Part shown: one piece after another, positions 25,806-35,396 of the stretch
How the letters are laid out: each line of letters begins with the position of its first letter
Numbering within the stretch: the stretch's first letter is position 1
From: Rhodospirillales bacterium
GTDB taxonomy: Bacteria > Pseudomonadota > Alphaproteobacteria > Acetobacterales > Acetobacteraceae
NCBI GenBank assembly: GCA_043744375.1
Contig: JAYTUU010000052.1
Location: 1,450-65,449 of the forward strand
DNA: 64,000 nucleotides
Direction of reading: 5' to 3'
Translations under genes and position numbers: made by a program
The notes under the pieces: generated by a model
The model's database searches: none
Told to the model about the DNA's origin: nothing
The model's input: the letters and a program-made list of their open reading frames with translations, nothing else

Positions 25806-27490
25806 TATGCCTCGCCGCGTAGCGCACGGAAACGCGCGATCAGTGACGCCGTCGACGGGTCATGCGCACCCAGTGCGGCACCCAGTGCGGCACCCAGTGC
25901 GGCACCCGGCCGCAGGTCGGGCAGGATGTCGCGCGCGAGCACCTTGCCGAGTTCGACGCCCCATTGATCGAAGCTGTTGACCCCCCAGAGCCAGCCCTGC
26001 ACGGCGACTTTGTGCTCGTAGAGGGCGATCAGCCGGCCCAAGGTGAACGGATCGAGCCGGCGCACGAGGATCGTCGTGCTCGGCCGGTTGCCGGCGAACA
26101 CCCGGTGCGGGGCGATGCGCGCGATCTCCGCCTCGGCCATCCCCGCTTCGCGCATTTCGGTTTGCGCCTCAGCCAGCGTTTTGCCGCGCAGCAAGGCGGC
26201 GGCCTGCGCGAGCGCGTTGGCGGCGAGCATACGATGGGCGTCGGGGCGGTCGTGGTCCGGGTTGGCGGCGAGGATGAAATCGACCGGGATGACCGAGGTG
26301 CCCTGATGTACCAGTTGCATGAAGCTGTGCTGGGCGTTGGTGCCGGGCTCGCCGAACAGCACCGGGCAGGTGCGCCGCGTGACCGGCGCGCCATCGAGGC
26401 GGACGGACTTGCCGTTGCTCTCCATTTCCAACTGCTGGAGGAAGGCTGGGAAACGCCGGAGACGGTCGTCATAGGCGAGCACGCAATGCTGGTTCAGCCC
26501 GAGACCGTTGACGTGCCAGATGCCGACCAGGGCCAGCAGCACGGGCAGGTTCTCGGCGAAATCGGCGGTGCGGAAATGCGCGTCCATGTCCCGCCCGCCG
26601 TCGAGCATGGCCTGGAACGCGTCCCACCCGGCAGCGAGCGCGATCACCAGGCCGACCGGGGACCACAGGGAGAACCGCCCGCCGACCCAGTCGCGGAAGC
26701 CGAACACGCGGTCCGCACGGATGCCGAAAGCGGCGACGGCCTTGAGGTTGGTGGAGAGTGCGGCGAAATGCGTGCCGACCGCGTCCTCGCCGAGGGCGCC
26801 GGCGACCCAGGCGCGCATGGCCTGCGCGTTGAACGCCGTCTCCTCCGTGGTGAAGGATTTGGAGGCGACAAGAACGAGAGTGCGCGCGGGATCCAACGCG
26901 CGGATCAGCGCTGCGGCACCATTTCCATCGACGTTGGAGAGGAAGTGGGCGCGCATACGGGCACCGCGGGCGAGGGTCAGTGCCTCGGTGGCCATCAGCG
27001 GGCCGAGGTCGGAGCCGCCGATGCCGATATTGACGACCGTGTCGAAGCGCTCCCCGGTTGCGCCGCGCAGGCTGCCATCATGCACGGCAGCGACGAAAGC
27101 GGCCATGCGGACGCGTTCGGCAGCGGCCAGTGCGCTGGCGGCGTCGGTACCGTTGGACGTGGTGGCGGTCAGGCCGTCCGCCGCATGGGAGCGCAGGGCC
27201 ATGTGCATGGCGGCACGGCCCTCGGTCGGGTTGACCGTGGCGCCGGCGAACAGGCGGGCGCGGAAGCCGGCGAGATCGGCGGCGTCCGCGAGGCCGAGCA
27301 GGGCGGCGCGGGCGTCGTCGTCGATGGAGGTTTTCGAGAAGTCGAGCGTCAGGTCACCGGCGATCGCGCTGAAGCGGTCGCTGCGCGTGGGGTCGGCGGC
27401 GAAAAGCGGGCGGATGGCGTGCGCATCCGGCCGCGTCGCGAGGGTGGCGAGGCGGTGCCAGGCGGCTGAGAGGGCCGAATCGGCGTCCAT
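25805..27490 (-). CDS. pgi: Glucose-6-phosphate isomerase
   Basis: NIGIGGSDLGP, GEPGTNAQHSFMQLVHQG, VNSFDQWGVELGK motifs; 561 aa. Confidence 0.95.
   Translation of the reverse strand: MDADSALSAAWHRLATLATRPDAHAIRPLFAADPTRSDRFSAIAGDLTLDFSKTSIDDDARAALLGLADAADLAGFRARLFAGATVNPTEGRAAMHMALRSHAADGLTATTSNGTDAASALAAAERVRMAAFVAAVHDGSLRGATGERFDTVVNIGIGGSDLGPLMATEALTLARGARMRAHFLSNVDGNGAAALIRALDPARTLVLVASKSFTTEETAFNAQAMRAWVAGALGEDAVGTHFAALSTNLKAVAAFGIRADRVFGFRDWVGGRFSLWSPVGLVIALAAGWDAFQAMLDGGRDMDAHFRTADFAENLPVLLALVGIWHVNGLGLNQHCVLAYDDRLRRFPAFLQQLEMESNGKSVRLDGAPVTRRTCPVLFGEPGTNAQHSFMQLVHQGTSVIPVDFILAANPDHDRPDAHRMLAANALAQAAALLRGKTLAEAQTEMREAGMAEAEIARIAPHRVFAGNRPSTTILVRRLDPFTLGRLIALYEHKVAVQGWLWGVNSFDQWGVELGKVLARDILPDLRPGAALGAALGAALGAHDPSTASLIARFRALRGEA
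25866..25907. repeat. 12-bp in-frame tandem repeat (3.5 copies) inside pgi
   Basis: GCACCCAGTGCG x3 plus GCACCC; encodes GAALGAALGAALGA near the PGI C-terminus. Confidence 0.9.
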
Positions 27491-27558
27491 GCTGGCATCC
27501 TACAGCAGATTTCGCGCGCAAGGATGAACGTCGCCGGGAATTTTGGCGGGAGGATGGG

Positions 27559-27669
27559 GCGCGCAAGGCGGGAAGGGGGAGCGCTTTCGGCGCGCAAGGC
27601 AGGAAGGGGGAGCGCTTTCGGCGCGCAAGGTAGGAAGGGGGAGCGCTTTCGGCGCGCAAGAGGCGCGCC
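27559..27669. repeat. 31-bp tandem repeat, 3 full units plus a partial one
   Basis: GCGCGCAAGG(C/T)(G/A)GGAAGGGGGAGCGCTTTCG at 27559, 27590 and 27621, then GCGCGCAAGAGGCGCGCC. Lies between the pgi start and the upstream lipoprotein gene stop. Confidence 0.9.
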
Positions 27670-27705
27670 TGTCGCTTACCTCGCCGCGCGCGGGCGCGTC
27701 TGGGG

Positions 27706-28251
27706 TCAGAGACCGAAAATATTGCGGCGTTTGGGGCGGATGATGGCCGTCTCACCGTCCTCGCTGCTTTGGCCGAGGGCGGCGTTCTCGCGGAGGCGCT
27801 GCGCTTCCTTCTCCGCGTTCACGATGATCCCCGGCTCCTTCGGCAGCGTCCAGAACAACAGCTTGTCGGTGAAGGTCGGGCCGGGCGAGTCGATGGCGGC
27901 CTGGGCGTCGACGCTGTTGCGGATATCCGGCGGCGCCGCGGGGCCGGCGGCCTGGACCAGCGCCTGTTGCCCAGCGCTGCTGCCGGCGGCGGCGGTGACG
28001 AGGCTGGATTGCGGCACCAATGCCGCCTCAGTGGCATTGCGCGGCGCGATCTCCTGCGGCCGCGAGGCGCCGGGGCGGGGCGGGTTGATCATGTAGCTCG
28101 GCGGCATTGATAGCGGCGCGCGCGCGGTGACGACGAATTCGTCGGGCGTGTCGCGTTGCAGCCCGAAGGTGCGTGCGAGGTCGCTGCCGCAGCCGGTGAG
28201 GCCGAGCAGGGCGGCAAGGAGGAGCGGCGTGGTGGCGCGGATATGGACCAT
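27706..28251 (-). CDS. Lipoprotein, DUF3035-like
   Basis: MVHIRATTPLLLAALLGLTGC lipobox; RDTPDEFVVTARAPLSMPP. ATG 28251; the rest of the 304-aa track ORF is Arg-rich junk. Confidence 0.7.
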   Translation of the reverse strand: MVHIRATTPLLLAALLGLTGCGSDLARTFGLQRDTPDEFVVTARAPLSMPPSYMINPPRPGASRPQEIAPRNATEAALVPQSSLVTAAAGSSAGQQALVQAAGPAAPPDIRNSVDAQAAIDSPGPTFTDKLLFWTLPKEPGIIVNAEKEAQRLRENAALGQSSEDGETAIIRPKRRNIFGL

Positions 28252-28262
28252 GAGGCGGTTCC

Positions 28263-28772
28263 TTACTTGTCCCCGGGGGCGGCGGCAAGACGGCTGTTGT
28301 GCGACGTTCGCATACCATCGAGAACCAGGGCGGCAACCCCGCACACGATCGCCGCGTCGGCCACGTTGAACACATACCACGACCAGCCGAACGCGTGGGC
28401 GTGAATGAAATCGACCACCGCGCCGAAGCGTGCCCGATCGATCACATTGCCGATCGCGCCACCGGCGATCGACCCTATGGCGATGGCGACGAGGCGGGTT
28501 TCGGCGCGGCGCAGCCAGACGAGGAGCACGGCCACCACGGCGAGCGCGATCGCCGCCAGGATCAGGCCGCCGGTGGTGCTTTCGGCGCTCAGTAGCCCGA
28601 AGGTGATGCCACGATTCCACACCATCGTCAGGCTCAGCAGCGCCATCACCGGGATCGTGCCAAGTTCGGGCAGCCGGAGGACTTCAAGCACCCAGTACTT
28701 GCTTGCCTGGTCGGCGCTCAGCACGACCAGCCCGGCACCGAGGCCCAGCACGGTGAGCGCGTTGCGGGTCAC
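28263..28772 (-). CDS. lspA: Lipoprotein signal peptidase II
   Basis: NRGITFGLL, GGAIGNVIDR, VVDFI, FNVADAAI motifs; GTG 28772 overlaps the ileS stop (GTGA). Confidence 0.9.
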   Translation of the reverse strand: MTRNALTVLGLGAGLVVLSADQASKYWVLEVLRLPELGTIPVMALLSLTMVWNRGITFGLLSAESTTGGLILAAIALAVVAVLLVWLRRAETRLVAIAIGSIAGGAIGNVIDRARFGAVVDFIHAHAFGWSWYVFNVADAAIVCGVAALVLDGMRTSHNSRLAAAPGDK

Positions 28773-31573
28773 GCCGTCGGCTTGCAGACGAGGCCGGACT
28801 CGACGGCGTCCGTGCAGCGCTTGCACAGCGTCCTGTGGCCCGGCTGGTGGCCGACTTCGGGCAGGATCTTCCAGCAGCGGGCACATTTCTCGCCCGGTGC
28901 CAGCGCAGTCTCCACGGCCTCCGCCTGCCGTGCCAGCGAGGCGGCGGAGACGATCAGCACCTCCGTCCATTCGGCGGCGTCAAGCAACGTATCGTCATCG
29001 GCGCCAAAGCCGAGCGTCACCGACGCCTGGAGGGAGGAGCCGATCTTGCCGTCGCGGCGCATCGCTTCGAGCGCGATCGTCGCCGTGCCGCGGCGCTCAC
29101 GGATGGCGGCCCATTTTGTCGCCAGTTCGTCGTCGCGCCAGCGTGCGGGCACGTCGAAGAAATCCTGCATATGCACACTGTGATCCTCGCCGAAACGAGC
29201 GGCCCAGGCCTCTTCGGCGGTGAACACCAGCACCGGAGCAAGCCAGGTCGCGAGGCAGCGATGCAGATGGTCGAGCACGGTGCGTGCCGCGCGGCGGCGG
29301 ACGCTGTCGGGCCGGTCGCAGTAGAGCGCGTCCTTGCGGATGTCGAAGTAGAACGCCGAGAGATCGCTAGTGCAGAAGGCATGGATCGCGGGATAGACCC
29401 CGGTCCAGTCATGGCTGTCGACGGCGCCGCGCACCAAGGCGTCGATCTCCCACATCCGGTGCAGCACCCAGCGTTCGAGGTCGGGCATCTCGGCTTCCGG
29501 CAGATGCTCGCAGGGTTGGAACCCGTCGAGCGAGCCGAGCAGCCAGCGCAGCGTGTTGCGCAGGCGGCGGTAGAGTTCGGCGGTCTGCTTGAGGATTTCC
29601 GGGCCGATGCGCTGGTCCTCGGTGATGTCGGTGTTCATCACCCAGAGGCGAAGAATATCGGCGCCGTACTTGTCCCACACCTCCTGCGGCGCGGTGGTGT
29701 TGCCGAGCGACTTCGACATCTTGCGGCCCTGCTCGTCGAGCGTGAAGCCGTGGGTCAGCACCGCCTTGAAGGGTGCCACACCGCGCGTTCCCACCGATTC
29801 CAGCAGCGAGGAATGGAACCAGCCACGATGCTGGTCGGAGCCTTCGAGATACAGATCGGCCGGCCACGGCAAATGCCGCGCTTCCAGGCAAAACGCATGC
29901 GTCGAGCCTGACTCGAACCAGACATCGACGATGTCCATCACCTGCTCGTAGTCGTCGGGGTTGCGCCCCTGCCCAAGGAAGCGCGACGGCGGCGAGGAAT
30001 ACCAGGCATCCGCGCCTTCCTCGGAGAATACATCGACGACGCGACGCACCACATCGAGGTCGCGCAGCGGTTGGCCGCTGGCCTTCTCGACGAACACCGC
30101 GATCGGCACGCCCCAGGCGCGCTGGCGCGAAATGCACCAGTCCGGCCGGGCCGCGATCATCGAGTCCAATCGGGTGCGGCCGGCTTCGGGTACGAAATCG
30201 GTCTCGGCGATGGCGGCGCGCGCCTTGCCGCGAATGTCGCCGTCGCCATCCATGCGGATGAACCATTGCGGCGTGGCACGAAAGATCAGCGGCGCGCGGG
30301 AGCGCCAGGAATGCGGGTAGGAGTGGACGAGCTTGCCACGCCCCATCAGCCCGCCGGCCGCGGTCAGCGCGGCGCAGATGTCGTCGGCCACCTTGTAGAC
30401 ATGCTGCCCGGCGAACAGCGGCACCCAGGCGTTGAACGTCCCGTCATCGCCGACCGTCTCGGGGATTTCGATCCCGTGGGCGCGGCCGAGCGAAAAATCG
30501 TCCTCGCCATGGCCGGGCGCGATATGCACCAGGCCGGTGCCGGCCTCGGTGGTGACGAAATCGCCGGCGAACAGGGGCACATCGAAGTCGTAGCCCCGGC
30601 CGCGCAGCGGATGCGCCGTCGTGGTGCCCGCGAGGTCGGCGCCGGGATGGAGGTGCAGGACATGGTGGGTGGCGACGCCGACGGCCGCGCAGAATTGCGG
30701 CAGCAGCGCGAGCGCGACCAGCACGCGCTCGCCAGCGCGGGCCAGCGCGCCGTCATTCACGCTGTCGATGCGCACCAGCGCGTAGTCGATCTCGGCGCCA
30801 AAGGCGATCGCGCGGTTGCCCGGCATGGTCCAGGGCGTCGTCGTCCAGATCACCACGGACGCCCCAGCCAGCGCAGGAACGGACGCGTGCACCACGGGGA
30901 AGCGCACGAAAATCGTCGTGCTGGTGTGGTCGTGATACTCGATCTCGGCTTCGGCCAGCGCCGTCTTCTCGACCGGCGACCACATCACCGGGCGCAGGCC
31001 GCGGTAGAGCGCGCCGTTGAGCAGGAATTTTCCGATTTCTCCGGCGATGGCGCCTTCCGAGGGCAGGTCCATGGTGGCATAGCGCTCGTCCCAGGCGCCG
31101 AACACGCCGAGGCGCTTGAACTCCGCCGCCTGCACGCCCAGCCAATGCTCGGCGTAGGCACGGCATTCGGCGCGGAATTGCAGGATCGGCACGGCGTCCT
31201 TGTCGCGGCCGGATTTGCGGTATTCCTCCTCGATCTTCCACTCGATCGGCAGGCCGTGGCAGTCCCAGCCCGGGATGTAGTAGCCGTCGAAGCCGGCCAT
31301 CTGCCGCCCGCGATTGATGACGTCCTTCAGGATCTTGTTCAGCGCATGGCCGATATGCAGATTGCCGTTCGCGTAGGGCGGGCCGTCATGCAGGATGAAC
31401 TTCTTGCGGCCATGCGAGGCGGCGCGCAGGCGCTGCCAGATTTTCGTCCGCTCCCAGCGCGCCAGGATCGCCGGCTCCTTCTTCGGCAGATCGCCGCGCA
31501 TCGGGAATGACGTCGCCGGCAGGAACACTGTGTCGCGGTAGTCTTTGGATTCGGGCGTCGTGTTTTGGGGCAT
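28769..31573 (-). CDS. ileS: Isoleucine--tRNA ligase
   Basis: PYANGNLHIGHALNK (HIGH) and GRKMSKSLGN (KMSKS) motifs, C-terminal Zn cluster CARCW...CKRC. ATG 31573 (MPQNTTPESKDYRDTVFLP). Confidence 0.97.
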   Translation of the reverse strand: MPQNTTPESKDYRDTVFLPATSFPMRGDLPKKEPAILARWERTKIWQRLRAASHGRKKFILHDGPPYANGNLHIGHALNKILKDVINRGRQMAGFDGYYIPGWDCHGLPIEWKIEEEYRKSGRDKDAVPILQFRAECRAYAEHWLGVQAAEFKRLGVFGAWDERYATMDLPSEGAIAGEIGKFLLNGALYRGLRPVMWSPVEKTALAEAEIEYHDHTSTTIFVRFPVVHASVPALAGASVVIWTTTPWTMPGNRAIAFGAEIDYALVRIDSVNDGALARAGERVLVALALLPQFCAAVGVATHHVLHLHPGADLAGTTTAHPLRGRGYDFDVPLFAGDFVTTEAGTGLVHIAPGHGEDDFSLGRAHGIEIPETVGDDGTFNAWVPLFAGQHVYKVADDICAALTAAGGLMGRGKLVHSYPHSWRSRAPLIFRATPQWFIRMDGDGDIRGKARAAIAETDFVPEAGRTRLDSMIAARPDWCISRQRAWGVPIAVFVEKASGQPLRDLDVVRRVVDVFSEEGADAWYSSPPSRFLGQGRNPDDYEQVMDIVDVWFESGSTHAFCLEARHLPWPADLYLEGSDQHRGWFHSSLLESVGTRGVAPFKAVLTHGFTLDEQGRKMSKSLGNTTAPQEVWDKYGADILRLWVMNTDITEDQRIGPEILKQTAELYRRLRNTLRWLLGSLDGFQPCEHLPEAEMPDLERWVLHRMWEIDALVRGAVDSHDWTGVYPAIHAFCTSDLSAFYFDIRKDALYCDRPDSVRRRAARTVLDHLHRCLATWLAPVLVFTAEEAWAARFGEDHSVHMQDFFDVPARWRDDELATKWAAIRERRGTATIALEAMRRDGKIGSSLQASVTLGFGADDDTLLDAAEWTEVLIVSAASLARQAEAVETALAPGEKCARCWKILPEVGHQPGHRTLCKRCTDAVESGLVCKPTA

Positions 31574-31691
31574 GAATTTCTCAGGCGGCAATGTACCGCG
31601 TCAGGGGAAAGGGCACGCAGGCGAGACCCGGCTCTCTAGCGAGATGCCGGGCGTATAATTCGCGCGTGGATGACCCCGTACATGCGGGCGA

Positions 31692-32654
31692 TTATGCGGA
31701 GAGCGGGGTGTTCCGGTCAAGGATGGCGCGGTCAAGGATTTGCCGCGCCTCGGCGGCGTCGGCGGCGATCTGGGTGCGCAATGCGTCGAGGCCGGCGAAT
31801 TTGCGCTCCGGGCGCAGGAAAGCGTGCAGGGCGATGCAGAGCTCCTGGCCATACAGATCGCCGGCGAAATCGAACAGATTAACTTCCAGGCGGCTTTCCG
31901 GACCGGCATTCACCGTCGGTCGGCGGCCGATATTGGCGACGCCGTGGCACACGCGCCCATCCGGCAATGTGATAGTCACCGCGTAGACGCCGCGCGCCGG
32001 TTCGAGATGGCGGCCGAGCGCGATGTTGGCGGTCGGGAAGCCGATGGTCCGCCCCCGTGCGTCGCCATGCGCGACCACGCCGCGGATCGCCCAGGGCCGG
32101 CCGAGTTTCTCTGTCGCGCGCTCGGGATAGCCGTCCTGCAAGGCGCGGCGGATGCGGCTGGAGGAAATCTGGCCGCCCTCGTCGGTCAGCGGCGGCACCA
32201 CGGTCAGCCCGATGCCGAGCGCCTCGGCGCGGCCGGCGAGGAAGCCGGCATTGCCGCCGCGGCGATGGCCGAAGGCGAAATCCGGGCCGCACACCAAATG
32301 CCGTGCCCCGATGCCGACATGCAGCACGTCGGCGACGAATTCCTCCGCGCGCATGCCGCTGAACGCGGCGTCGAACGGCAGTTCATAGATCAGGGAAACG
32401 CCGAGTGTCGCCAGCGCATCGGCCCGCGCCGCCGAGAGGGTGAGGCGGAAGGGCGGATCGTCGGGGCGGAAGACCTCACGCGGATGCGGCTCGAAACTCA
32501 GCACCGCCAAGGGAAGGTCCGGCCGTGCGCCATGGGCCATCCGCAGCAGATGGGCGTGGCCGATATGCACACCGTCGAAATTGCCGAGCGCCACCACCGC
32601 GCCGCGCGCGTCGGCGGCCAGGCCGCGCCAGTCCCGCAGGATGCGCAAGGTCAA
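31692..32654 (-). CDS. ribF: Bifunctional riboflavin kinase / FMN adenylyltransferase
   Basis: VALGNFDGVHIGH, ISSSRIRRAL, GDARGRTIGFPTANI, RPERKFAGLDALRTQIAAD. Confidence 0.93.
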   Translation of the reverse strand: MTLRILRDWRGLAADARGAVVALGNFDGVHIGHAHLLRMAHGARPDLPLAVLSFEPHPREVFRPDDPPFRLTLSAARADALATLGVSLIYELPFDAAFSGMRAEEFVADVLHVGIGARHLVCGPDFAFGHRRGGNAGFLAGRAEALGIGLTVVPPLTDEGGQISSSRIRRALQDGYPERATEKLGRPWAIRGVVAHGDARGRTIGFPTANIALGRHLEPARGVYAVTITLPDGRVCHGVANIGRRPTVNAGPESRLEVNLFDFAGDLYGQELCIALHAFLRPERKFAGLDALRTQIAADAAEARQILDRAILDRNTPLSA

Positions 32655-33073
32655 CCCCGGCTCGGCGGCATGACGACCGCCTCGCCCTCGATCACCACCT
32701 TGCCGGCGACGGTGCAGATGGTTTTGAGCGTCGCCTGCTTCTTCACGGCATCGATCGCGGTGACCTCACAGGTCGCGGTCACCGTGTCGCCGATCTTGAC
32801 CGGGCGGCGGAAGCGCAGGGTCTGGCCGAGATAGATCGAGCCGGCGCCGGGCAATTTCGTGCCCAGCACGGCGCTGATCAGCCCGGCCGAGAGCATGCCG
32901 TGGGCGATGCGCTCCTTGAACGGGCTCGCCGCCGCCGCCTCGGCGTTCAGGTGCACGGGGTTGGTGTCCATCGTCACGGCGGCGAACATCAGGATGTCCG
33001 CCTCGGTGATCGTCTTGCCGAGGCTGGCGGACTGGCCGACCGTGAGGTCCTCGAAGAACACGCAATCGCTCAT
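32651..33073 (-). CDS. MaoC-family (R)-specific enoyl-CoA hydratase/dehydratase
   Basis: FEDLTVGQSASLGKTITEADILMFAAVTMDTNPVHLNAEAAAASPFKERIAHGML; hot-dog fold size (140 aa). Confidence 0.85.
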   Translation of the reverse strand: MSDCVFFEDLTVGQSASLGKTITEADILMFAAVTMDTNPVHLNAEAAAASPFKERIAHGMLSAGLISAVLGTKLPGAGSIYLGQTLRFRRPVKIGDTVTATCEVTAIDAVKKQATLKTICTVAGKVVIEGEAVVMPPSRG

Positions 33074-33180
33074 GCGCCGAAATCCCTATGCTGGTGCAAC
33101 CGCTTTCTGGCCCGCGCGGACCGGTTGGACAAGCCTTCCAACGGATGCTTAGGTCTGGACCGAAATCCGGAGCAACCACC

Positions 33181-33942
33181 ATGACCGATATTGCCACCCA
33201 GGCCGCCGAACTCCTGCTCGCCGCGCGCCGCGATCCGGCGAAGCGCCTCGCCGATCTTCCCGCCGCGCTGAAGCCGGCCGATCGCGCTGCCGCGTATGCC
33301 ATCCAGCACAAAATCGCCGCCCAGATCGGCCCGATCGGCGGCTGGAAGGTGTCGCCGTTCGGTGCCGATGGCTCAACTCCGATGTGCGGCGCGTTGCCGG
33401 CCTCCGGCATCCAGGCCGCCCCGGCCACGCTGCGCCCCGGCCCGCAGGCGCTGCGGATCATCGAGGCCGAACTCTGTGCCCGCATCGGGACGGACCTGCC
33501 GCCGCGCGCCACGCCCTACACGCGCACCGAGATCATCGCCGCCATCGCCGCCATCCACCCGGTGCTGGAGGCCTGCGAGTCCCGCTATGTCGAGCCCAAG
33601 GCCGTCGATATCCTCAGCAACATCGCCGATACCCAATCCCACGGCGGGCTGATCACCGGCGTCGGCCGCACCGATTGGCAGGCGATCGACCTGGCCGCGG
33701 TCAGCGTCGAACAGATCGTCGACGGCCGGGTCGATGCCAGCCGCACCGGGCACCCCGCCGGCGACCTGGTCGCGCAGGTGATGTGGATGGCCAATGAGGG
33801 CGCGGTCTGGGCGGGCGGGCTGAAGGCCGGCCAGTTCGTGACCTGCGGCTCCTGGTCCGGCGCCAACCGCGTTGCGCCAACGGCGAAGGTCGTGCTGCGG
33901 TTTTCGGGCTTTGCGGACGTGGTGATCGATTACGCCGTTTGA
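33181..33942 (+). CDS. 2-keto-4-pentenoate hydratase-like (FAH-fold hydratase/decarboxylase family) protein
   Basis: AAAYAIQHKIAAQIGPIGGWKV..., IEAELCARIG, AIHPVLEACESRY, GQFVTCGSW. ATG 33181. Confidence 0.6.
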   Translation: MTDIATQAAELLLAARRDPAKRLADLPAALKPADRAAAYAIQHKIAAQIGPIGGWKVSPFGADGSTPMCGALPASGIQAAPATLRPGPQALRIIEAELCARIGTDLPPRATPYTRTEIIAAIAAIHPVLEACESRYVEPKAVDILSNIADTQSHGGLITGVGRTDWQAIDLAAVSVEQIVDGRVDASRTGHPAGDLVAQVMWMANEGAVWAGGLKAGQFVTCGSWSGANRVAPTAKVVLRFSGFADVVIDYAV

Positions 33943-33982
33943 GAGGCGCCGCCGCCGGCCGAACGCCGGCAGCGGCTTGCTT

Positions 33983-35377
33983 TCAGCCTTTCGGAACGCC
34001 CGGCTCGCCAAGGTCCCACCAAATTCCCGCATAGGCCGCTATGCCTTCGCGGGCCGGTGCGATCAGGAAATGTTCGTTCGGACCATGCTGTTTGCAGCCA
34101 TTATAGCTGTGCGGAATCCACACCAGCGGCACGCCGAGGAAGTCCACGAACACGTCGCCGGGCAGGCCGCCGCCGCCGTTCGGGATGACCTGCACGCGCC
34201 GTTCCAACGATTTTTCCATGGAGGTGATCGCGAACCGCACCCACGGGTCGTCCGGGCTGGTGCGGCTGGCGGGCATGCGGATGCCGGCGTTTTCGATCTG
34301 GATTTCCGGGAAGCCCTGGGCGTCGAGATGGGTGCGCAGGGCGCTGGCGAAGATCGCCGGGTCGCTATCGACGGTGTAGCGGATCTGGCAATGCGCGCGG
34401 GCGTCGGGGGCGACGGCGTTGACCGGGTTTTCCGGCCGGCCGGAGACCATGGCGAGCACGATGAAGCTGGTCCAGCCGAAGACTTTCTCGGCCGCCGTGA
34501 ACCCTGGCTCACCCCAGCCGGGATCGATGGTGGCAGAGGCCTCGCTGTGCAGTTCGCAGCCGGCGAGGGCCGAGCGGACGGCGGCCGGCATGCCGTTACG
34601 CGGCAGCCAGTCGCGCACCAGGATCTTGCCGTTCCGATCGGCGATGGCACCGATCGCGTGCGCCATGACGATGGCGGGGTCGGTGGTCATGCCGCCCCAG
34701 TTGCCCGAATGCACGCCGCCTGGCCGCACGTTGAGCACGAGATCGAAATGGAACGTGCCGCGCGTGCCGGTGGACAGAGTGGGCGTGTCGGCACTCACGC
34801 GTGGGCCGTCGGAGGCGATGAGCACGTCGGCCTTGAGCGCCTCGGCGTTGGCGGCGATGAACTCGCGCAGGCCCTGCGAGCCGCGCTCCTCGCTGGTTTC
34901 GAGCACCAGCTTGAGGTTGAAGCCGAGCTTGCCGCCGCGTTCGGCCAGCACCTGTTCGAGCGCGGTAAGGTTGAGCGCGTGCTGGCCCTTGTTGTCCGCC
35001 GTTCCGCGCCCATACCAGCGATCGGGCTGTTCCACGAGCGTCCACGGCGTGAGGCCCTCGTCCCACTGGTCCTCCAGGCCGCGCACCGTGTCGCCATGGC
35101 CGTAGGTGAGGACCGTCGGGCGCGTAGGATCCTCGATGCGTTCGGCGGTGAGGATGGGGCCGAAGCCGGGCTTCGGGTTCGTGTGCAGTTTCGTGGTGAA
35201 CCCCATCGAACCGATCCATGGGCGGATGCCGGCTTCGAGGTAGAGATGCACGTCGGCCTCGTGTCCCGGGTCCTGCGAGGTCGAGCGGATGGCGACGAGT
35301 TTGGCCAGCCGATCGCGGAATTGCCCCGAGTCGAAAAAGTCGCGCGCACGGGCGATGGCGCCATCACGTGTTGCCAT
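33983..35377 (-). CDS. M20-family metallopeptidase (dipeptidase-like)
   Basis: TVLTYGHGDTV, WYGRGTADNKGQH, LVLETSEERGS. ATG 35377 (MATRDGAIARA...). Confidence 0.8.
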   Translation of the reverse strand: MATRDGAIARARDFFDSGQFRDRLAKLVAIRSTSQDPGHEADVHLYLEAGIRPWIGSMGFTTKLHTNPKPGFGPILTAERIEDPTRPTVLTYGHGDTVRGLEDQWDEGLTPWTLVEQPDRWYGRGTADNKGQHALNLTALEQVLAERGGKLGFNLKLVLETSEERGSQGLREFIAANAEALKADVLIASDGPRVSADTPTLSTGTRGTFHFDLVLNVRPGGVHSGNWGGMTTDPAIVMAHAIGAIADRNGKILVRDWLPRNGMPAAVRSALAGCELHSEASATIDPGWGEPGFTAAEKVFGWTSFIVLAMVSGRPENPVNAVAPDARAHCQIRYTVDSDPAIFASALRTHLDAQGFPEIQIENAGIRMPASRTSPDDPWVRFAITSMEKSLERRVQVIPNGGGGLPGDVFVDFLGVPLVWIPHSYNGCKQHGPNEHFLIAPAREGIAAYAGIWWDLGEPGVPKG

Positions 35378-35396
35378 GAGTCGTTCTCCGTAGGGT

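Noticed and set aside
25862-27469. 535-aa + strand ORF
   Set aside because: Antisense shadow of pgi, which carries the diagnostic PGI motifs.
27559-27669. 31-bp repeats as a possible CRISPR array
   Set aside because: The units are directly contiguous with no spacers, and there are only ~3.5 copies. I recognised no cas genes in the window.
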